DNA from: Acidobacteriota bacterium
GTDB taxonomy: Bacteria > Acidobacteriota > CAIWXX01
Reading direction: 5' to 3'
DNA: 64,000 bases
Assembly: GCA_040755995.1 (NCBI GenBank)
Contig: JBFMAF010000020.1
Coordinates: 1 to 64,000 of the forward strand
The notes beneath the pieces were generated by a model, which was not told the DNA's origin, ran no database searches, and worked only from the letters and a program-made list of their open reading frames with translations. The position numbers and the translations under genes were made by a program. Shown piece by piece: positions 57,659 to 64,000 of the stretch. Position 1 is the stretch's first letter, and each line of letters opens with the position of its first letter.

Positions 57659-60600
57659 CTAAAACATCTGCCACAGTCCGAAGACGAAGCGGTAGCGGTT
57701 GTCCTCGGGCTGGGGATTCACAGTCAGGGCGTAATCGAGCCTGAAGACCGAGTACGGCGTTCCGAACCTGAGGCCGATCCCGTAGCAGCTCCTCAGATCC
57801 AGGGGCCGGAAGTTCCGAACGAATTGGAACACGTTGCCTGCGTCGTGGAAGACGACTCCACGGATAGAGAAGCTCTCCGAGATCTGCCGGATCGGGAAGC
57901 GGACCTCCTGGTTGTAGACCACGAACGCGCGCCCGCCGGCGGCCCTTTTCGGGTTGAACGGCGATCGTGGTCCCAGGAGTTCTTCATCGAAGCTGCGCAC
58001 AGTAGAGCTCCCGCCCAGGTAGAACGCGTCGGATTCGAGCAGCAGCTCGCCGTAGGTGTCCATCACACCGGCACGGTTGTTGATTGCGAACGTAATGCCG
58101 CGGAACGGCGTGTAGTACAGTGCAAGCTGTGCGCTGGACTTGAGCAGCCGCAGATCGGAGCCGAGGGCAGTCGGGTGGTATTCGACGGTGATGCTGCCGA
58201 AGAGCCCTCGCTTTGCATCCAGCGGATCATCTCGAAGCTCGGCGATGAAGCTCGTCCCGATCCGCGCCCGGTTCACATCGAACTGCAGCGGCTCGCCGCC
58301 GGGGAACAACGGTGGCACCGTCAGACGCGTCTTCTTGTAGTTGTAGAAGTACTGCAGCCTGTATCGTTGGCGGACCTTGTGCTCCACCTGAAAGCTTGCG
58401 CCGTACAGGTTCTGCAACGAGATATCGTCGTCGATCCGCGTCCGGTAAAGCAGCGCGGTCGTGGTCGCTTTCCTGCGGAAGAAGTAGGGGAGGGTGAGCA
58501 TCAATCGGTAGTCGCGCTCCTTGCGGCTCTGTCGTGTAAAGACACCGGCATCAATGCCTCTACCAAAGAGGTTCACGTTGTGCAGCTCGAACTCGGCATC
58601 CACACCCCCGGGGTTCTGGGTGTTCTCGGTGCCGGCTATCTTTCCTTCGGTGCTGTAGCGCATGGTGGAGGCGAACTGGTAGACGTCATGTTCGATCAGC
58701 GAGACGCGGACGTCGACCAGGCCTCGTTCCTTGTCGGTGGCCTCGGGGTAGATGCGAACACTCCGGAAGACGAACAAGTCGTATAGTCTCCGTTGCGACT
58801 CGATCAGCTTCTTGTAATCGAACACGTCGCCCGCCTGGAACGTGAGCTGGCGAATTACCAGGCCGGAGTTGGTGGTTCGGATGCCGTCGATGACGATTCG
58901 CCGGATCCGGAGCCTGCCCTTCTCGGAGTTGAGAGGCGCCTCTCCAAGGGTGATCGGTGGCCGCGCGGCCCTGGGTGTTCTCAGGTTGAATCCGAGCCCG
59001 TACGTCACGCTGCCCACGTACGACGCGTCGTCGAGCCGGCTCGCCGCGAAACTGACGTTCCGGTTCAGCTGGTATTCCAGCTTCCAGTAGTATCTCTCCG
59101 TGTTCGATAGCTCCGGCGAATACTGGAAGAAGAATCCATGGCCAAGATCCTTGCCGATCACCACACGAGCCACCGGCTGGTTGGTCACGGTGGAGATCTC
59201 GTTGGCCCGAATATCGAACTGATCGATCCCCAGTTGGCGGCCAATCGCCGGGAGGATGATGTTGCCGACCCCTCCCCCCAGGAAACGGGCCATCTGGTTC
59301 TTGAAGTCGTCCTTCGTGTATGCCGCACCCTCTCCGATTAGTTGCCCCGTCAGCAGCAGAGAGACGATCTGGGTTTCGGAGAGCGGGGATATGCTTGTGT
59401 CCCTCAGGACCGGATTCAAGTCCGACAGCTGCCCGCCCAGGTCTACCGCTATGGTGTGCTCGGTCTGCGGACCCTCGCGGGCTCTGCCTCTCGCCTCAGG
59501 AACTCGCACCGAGACCGTAGCTTTCACGTCGAACCGCGGGTCGAAGACAGCGTCGCCGAGGAACGAGAGGCTGCTGCCTTCCAGCACCTGATAGCTCCTC
59601 CCCTGGAAGAAAAATGTCCCCTTCGGCATCGTCCTCACCTGGCCGAGTGGCAATGGGTTCTCTACAGTGCCCTGGATCGCCAGGTCCCCTTGCAGGCGCA
59701 AGTCCGCCATGTTGTTCCGAATGCGGATGTCTCCGACAGGGGAGAGCCGGACGTCCAGCTTGAGATCCTTGAATGGAGGCGCAGCCTGTTCGGTGGGCTT
59801 CTTCTTGAGCCCCGCGAGTATCTGCTTCTGGAGACCGATGTTCTTGCGATACTCGCCGTTCCTCAGCCAGACATCGCCCTCGAGAATATAGCCCTCTTCG
59901 GGGGCGCGGTGCACGCGCAGCAGTCCTTCCAGCGTGCCGCGCAGCCCGTCCGGAAAGAACACGCCGCAGTTGTCGAATGCGACATCCATGGACAGGTCCG
60001 AGAGCTGCGTTCCCTGAAGGCGTGCGCGGCCCGAGAGCTCGGATGTGCCGCCGTTCAGCGCTCCCGTGAAATCTCCCTTGAGCTGCCCCGCCGTCACGTT
60101 GAGACCGCCCGCAACCGAGGAGATTTCCAAACGCCCGCCGAGAAACGTAGCCGACCCGGCTTCGATCGTCAGCCCACCGCTGGTCTGAAGCGGCTTCGGC
60201 GGCTCTGCCAATGGATCGGCGTCGATCGTGAGCTCCAGCCTGCTCTTCCCGCCGAACCGCGCGTTCGGCACGAAGTCCTGCAGTATGCGATTCTCGGCCG
60301 AAGCCCGGAGCGACGCGTGAAGGCCGTCCCCCTGCCGGCCGAGCGACATCCTAAAATCCCCCGAGAGTTCCAGGCCGTCCCCGGACAGGTGAGCTCCATC
60401 GATGGTCAATAGGTCGCCGTGCTTCGAGAGCTTCCACGGTCCGGCCGGACTCGTCAGCGTCCTGTTCCGCGTCTTCAACCGGGCATCGGCAATCTCACCG
60501 TCGAGGGTGATGGCCGAGAGCGACTGCAGGTTGCCGGTCATCGCGAGATCGATGTCGGTCGTGAAGGAGGCCGAGTCACGCACCTTCTGGGGGATGAGAT

Positions 60601-63265
60601 CACCCGCCTCGGCGCTGCCCACGGATCGCATCTCGATCTTCAAATCCACGCCTGAGCCCGTGTCCTGGAGACCCAACGGAAGCGCCTCCAGCGGGACGAC
60701 GCCCGATACTCCGAAGGTCCCGCTCCGCAGTCTCCCTCCGACTCCCTCCAGAGTGATGAGAGTGCCGTCGAGTCGCAGCGTGCCGCTGGTGTCGAGAACC
60801 GGAAACGGCAGCCTGGGATGCTCGATCGACGCGTCGTTCAGGGCGAAGGACCCGGTCGCGGTCAGGGCGGATATCGCGCCGCTCAACACGGCCTCCCCGC
60901 TTACCGTGCCGCCGAGCTTGAGCCCCGGCGACAGGATTTCGAGCGGTTGCAGGCTGGCAACCCCGTCGACGCGCAAGTCGGCTTCGCCGCCGGCGGATAG
61001 CGGCAGTGTCCCGCAAAGATCCAGCTCCTGCCCGGGACCAATCATCCTGAACTGCTCGAATTCGACCGCCTCCGGCGTCACCTCCACCGACACCAACCCA
61101 TCGCTGCGGAGATCCACGCCGGCCGTCTTGTACCCCAGACTGTCGAGTCCGATTCGCACGTTGGAGGATCGGGGGTTCTCCAGACTTACGTTACCATCGA
61201 CTTGCCCGGACGCTAATACCTGAGTCGTGGGGTGCTTCTGGTAGAGAGTGAGGATCTGCGAGACGGGGAGGCTCGTGAAGCTGCCCGTGAGGTGAAGCGG
61301 ATACGGGCTCGCAAACGTCAGGCGAGCGGTGCCGGCGAGATCGTGGTCGCGGGCTCGATAGTCCGCCGAGAACTCGCGCGAGTCCAGCAGGAAGCCCCCC
61401 CGGAACGACTGCGATGTCGTCTGCGATGTCGCAAGCCTGTCGATAAGGAAATCGCCGGAAAACGATGGATCGTCGAGAACTCCTTCGCCGCGCGCGGTGA
61501 GCCCCAGCGTGCCCGCCTCGGCTACGGGAGAGATGCTGTGCAGATCCAGAGACTCGCAGACCACGGAGGCGGTGAGCCGCCCGCCGTCAATCTCGGCGCG
61601 GCCCGAGACCGTGCCGCCGTAAGCGCGGCCGCGAACGTCGGAGACGTCGACGCGACCGCCGTCAACCGAGAGGGTCCCGCCGAGCTCGGAGACCGACATG
61701 CCCTTGAAGCCGATCCGCGGCGCACGAAACGTGCCGATAAGCCGCCGCCAGCTCCCCTCGCACCGCCCGGTGAAGACCAGCGATCCCGCCAGGTCGCGCA
61801 GGGACTCGGGCAGGCCCGGGGTCCACTTGCGGAGCTCGCCCATGAACCCTCTCACGTTTACTACTCTTGTAGTAACCTTCAGGTCCGTGGCACCGGATGC
61901 GACGACTCCCTCCACCTGCAGCGATGTCCCGCCGCCGACATCGAGCTCGGAGGGCATGAACGTGAGACTGCCGTTCTCGTATGCAGCCTCGAATTGCCCG
62001 CCCAACGACACGTCTCGCGGCCCGGCCTTCAACGGCTCCAGATCTATCTTCCCCTGGGCGGAGCCGGCTCGGAGCCCCGAGCGGCCCCATGACGCGTCGA
62101 GCCTTCCTCCGGCCGCCGTGGCCAGTCCGACTGGGAGATGTGACTGGATAGGCGGAAGAAGGCGTGGGTCGATTTCGCTGAAAGTGACTGAGGCACGATT
62201 GCGGCCCGGGCTGAGAGAGACGTCTCCGGCCGCCCGCCCACCTCCGAGCCGGGCCGTGACCTTCGCCGTGGTCCTGCCCTTGGTCGAGGCAGTCGCTTCG
62301 ATGCGACAGTCTCGCAAGTCGACCGCCGCAACCCGCAATGCGTCTGACGAAGCGCTAAGGGCGACCGCCCCGGCTGGGACGTCCAGCTCCGCCCGGAACG
62401 ACGCCGCGCCGTTGATGCCCCCGTGCTCCTTCAACGACACCTCCGGAAGCCACCGCTCCAGAGCCTCCAGATGCACCTCCCCATCCGCCTCGAACTTCGG
62501 TGCCTGCGGATCGATCCTCTGATCGGTCAGCCTCACGACAAGCCCATCGGTGTCGAACTCGAAGCGGTTGACCAAGAGCGGATCGGCGAGAACGGCGCTC
62601 AGTCGCGCGGCCCCCTGGATCTCGTGCCCACGAAACGCACTGCGGCACGACGGCGATGAAAGGGTCAATGTATACGGCGATCCCGAGCGCAGGTCGGCGG
62701 TAATGCGATGCATCTCCACAGACATGCCGGTCTTCTGGTCGGAGTAGTGCACCGTTCCGTCCACCACGGAAACGGACCGAAGCCTGACCACCTGCTTGCC
62801 GGTGTGGCCGGCCCGCTGAGGGCCGAGATCGGGAATCCGAAAGTTGCCATCCGAGTCGCGCACGATCGTGAAGACCGGCGTGTCGAGACTGGCATCGATC
62901 ACCGGTCCCCACCCCGAGATGTTCAGGTCCGCCGAGGCGGTCCGCGCGCGCAGCAACTCCATCCCCTTGTACGACAACCGCAGATCCTGCATCACCACCC
63001 GGAACTCCCACGGGTCGAAATCGGTCGAACCGACCTCCAGCACCAGCCCCATCGACTTCAACAGGCGCGGCAAGACGATATGGGGAATTACGATCAGCCA
63101 CGCGAACAAGGCTATCGCGCCGGCCGTTCCAGCAACGGCCGCCGCATACACCACTACCTTGCCGGCACGGCCAAGGATGTGCCGCCTTTTCACTTGAGAG
63201 AGTATATCCGATGAGAGGCCGAGGACGTGAGGATCCGGCCTTCTACGGCGGCCCGGCCTGGGCAC
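57659..63265 (-). CDS. TamB (AsmA-like) fused to POTRA + Omp85/TamA beta-barrel
   Basis: N-terminal TM, >1,300 aa of Gly-rich beta repeats, TamB-like C-terminal block (IRIRNNMADL...GTVENP...FDPRFDV...LSETQIVSLLLTG), POTRA (IVIDGIRTT...SQRRLYDLFVFRSV), barrel with YLGGSSTVRSF and terminal FGLWQMF. Confidence 0.9.
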   Translation of the reverse strand: MPRPGRRRRPDPHVLGLSSDILSQVKRRHILGRAGKVVVYAAAVAGTAGAIALFAWLIVIPHIVLPRLLKSMGLVLEVGSTDFDPWEFRVVMQDLRLSYKGMELLRARTASADLNISGWGPVIDASLDTPVFTIVRDSDGNFRIPDLGPQRAGHTGKQVVRLRSVSVVDGTVHYSDQKTGMSVEMHRITADLRSGSPYTLTLSSPSCRSAFRGHEIQGAARLSAVLADPLLVNRFEFDTDGLVVRLTDQRIDPQAPKFEADGEVHLEALERWLPEVSLKEHGGINGAASFRAELDVPAGAVALSASSDALRVAAVDLRDCRIEATASTKGRTTAKVTARLGGGRAAGDVSLSPGRNRASVTFSEIDPRLLPPIQSHLPVGLATAAGGRLDASWGRSGLRAGSAQGKIDLEPLKAGPRDVSLGGQFEAAYENGSLTFMPSELDVGGGTSLQVEGVVASGATDLKVTTRVVNVRGFMGELRKWTPGLPESLRDLAGSLVFTGRCEGSWRRLIGTFRAPRIGFKGMSVSELGGTLSVDGGRVDVSDVRGRAYGGTVSGRAEIDGGRLTASVVCESLDLHSISPVAEAGTLGLTARGEGVLDDPSFSGDFLIDRLATSQTTSQSFRGGFLLDSREFSADYRARDHDLAGTARLTFASPYPLHLTGSFTSLPVSQILTLYQKHPTTQVLASGQVDGNVSLENPRSSNVRIGLDSLGYKTAGVDLRSDGLVSVEVTPEAVEFEQFRMIGPGQELDLCGTLPLSAGGEADLRVDGVASLQPLEILSPGLKLGGTVSGEAVLSGAISALTATGSFALNDASIEHPRLPFPVLDTSGTLRLDGTLITLEGVGGRLRSGTFGVSGVVPLEALPLGLQDTGSGVDLKIEMRSVGSAEAGDLIPQKVRDSASFTTDIDLAMTGNLQSLSAITLDGEIADARLKTRNRTLTSPAGPWKLSKHGDLLTIDGAHLSGDGLELSGDFRMSLGRQGDGLHASLRASAENRILQDFVPNARFGGKSRLELTIDADPLAEPPKPLQTSGGLTIEAGSATFLGGRLEISSVAGGLNVTAGQLKGDFTGALNGGTSELSGRARLQGTQLSDLSMDVAFDNCGVFFPDGLRGTLEGLLRVHRAPEEGYILEGDVWLRNGEYRKNIGLQKQILAGLKKKPTEQAAPPFKDLKLDVRLSPVGDIRIRNNMADLRLQGDLAIQGTVENPLPLGQVRTMPKGTFFFQGRSYQVLEGSSLSFLGDAVFDPRFDVKATVSVRVPEARGRAREGPQTEHTIAVDLGGQLSDLNPVLRDTSISPLSETQIVSLLLTGQLIGEGAAYTKDDFKNQMARFLGGGVGNIILPAIGRQLGIDQFDIRANEISTVTNQPVARVVIGKDLGHGFFFQYSPELSNTERYYWKLEYQLNRNVSFAASRLDDASYVGSVTYGLGFNLRTPRAARPPITLGEAPLNSEKGRLRIRRIVIDGIRTTNSGLVIRQLTFQAGDVFDYKKLIESQRRLYDLFVFRSVRIYPEATDKERGLVDVRVSLIEHDVYQFASTMRYSTEGKIAGTENTQNPGGVDAEFELHNVNLFGRGIDAGVFTRQSRKERDYRLMLTLPYFFRRKATTTALLYRTRIDDDISLQNLYGASFQVEHKVRQRYRLQYFYNYKKTRLTVPPLFPGGEPLQFDVNRARIGTSFIAELRDDPLDAKRGLFGSITVEYHPTALGSDLRLLKSSAQLALYYTPFRGITFAINNRAGVMDTYGELLLESDAFYLGGSSTVRSFDEELLGPRSPFNPKRAAGGRAFVVYNQEVRFPIRQISESFSIRGVVFHDAGNVFQFVRNFRPLDLRSCYGIGLRFGTPYSVFRLDYALTVNPQPEDNRYRFVFGLWQMF

Positions 63266-63371
63266 TCGCGGAAATCAACTGATTGAGTTCGCGCGGCGAA
63301 CCGAGGTCCTTCCGGCACCAGGCTTTCGGCGCGGTGCCCGCGCGGGCTCGCGTGTTGGATGGCGAAACCTG

Positions 63372-64000
63372 CTACGGCACCGACACGGTCTTCGCCCAAT
63401 AGAAATACGAGGCAGTCGTGAACTGCTCGTTGGTCTCATTCTCCAGGCTGATGATCTGGGCTACGGACCCGAGATACGGAGCAATCCAGTTGTAGAGGAT
63501 GTATGACTTTGGCGAGCTCCCACCCCATGTGGCCTTAGTCTGCAGCATCACAGTATCGTTGAAGGTGCCGGCGCCTACCGTCACAACACCCTGGCCGACA
63601 TACCTCAACTGCATCGTTAGCGGGACGGTCTCGTTTGGGTAGATGATGTTGGTCCTCTGGGTGACCATCACGTTCACCTTGGCAGGAAAGAAGATACGCC
63701 TGATGGGGATCGACAACGTGTAGGTATCCTCGGCACTCGTGGGAGATGAGTTCCCGTACCACACGATTCCGTTGTTCGCCTTGCGGAAGAAACGGTACAC
63801 CGTCGGCTCCCCGCCTCCTGATTCCTTCAGCGCAAATGCGGCGAGAGGATAGTTCGCGTAGTTATAAGCCGTCGTCTTGTCGACGATCTCGCTCACGATC
63901 GTCCGGTCTTTGGGTCCAGTAGTGAAGTTCCACGGACCGGTGAACGAGATCGTCACCGGAACGTCTGCGCTGTTCGCCGCCCACACGTACTTGATGCCGA
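63372..64000 (-). CDS. Partial CDS (5' end outside window); beta-rich, probably secreted protein
   Basis: Frame open to the window edge; Thr/Tyr/Asn-rich; VTVGAGTF...WIAPYLGSV resembles the VTVPAGTF...WYAPGVG motif; lower GC. Confidence 0.7.
   Translation of the reverse strand, partial: GIKYVWAANSADVPVTISFTGPWNFTTGPKDRTIVSEIVDKTTAYNYANYPLAAFALKESGGGEPTVYRFFRKANNGIVWYGNSSPTSAEDTYTLSIPIRRIFFPAKVNVMVTQRTNIIYPNETVPLTMQLRYVGQGVVTVGAGTFNDTVMLQTKATWGGSSPKSYILYNWIAPYLGSVAQIISLENETNEQFTTASYFYWAKTVSVP

Overview
A 64-kb, high-GC, gene-dense segment of a diderm bacterial chromosome. The gene repertoire looks Acidobacteriota-like, which is an inference. I found no rRNA, tRNA, CRISPR array, transposase or integrase. 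It holds about 45 CDS: housekeeping and metabolic genes (hutU, pfkA-type kinase, pckA, acyl-CoA dehydrogenase, two aldo/keto reductases, lactate permease, LemA-TPM-TPM operon), envelope and transport genes, and signalling proteins. The most unusual items are domain fusions: (1) an FGGY kinase + 2-hydroxyacid dehydrogenase + SCP2 lipid-binding + class II aldolase enzyme of about 1,280 aa, beside an FHA-FHA-ABC transporter; (2) a 1,868-aa TamB-POTRA-Omp85 single chain; (3) a SPL-like radical SAM protein carrying a Pol X 8-kDa/HhH domain; (4) a beta-propeller/Y_Y_Y sensor whose only output is a small Cys/His motif; (5) a GAF-HisKA protein with no catalytic domain. Two AAA-ATPase/PD-(D/E)xK genes each sit behind palindromic operator-like sites. 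Two genes carry frame-shifting internal deletions, several genes look leaderless, and short tandem repeat arrays occur in intergenic gaps. All calls come from reading motifs by eye; no searches were run.
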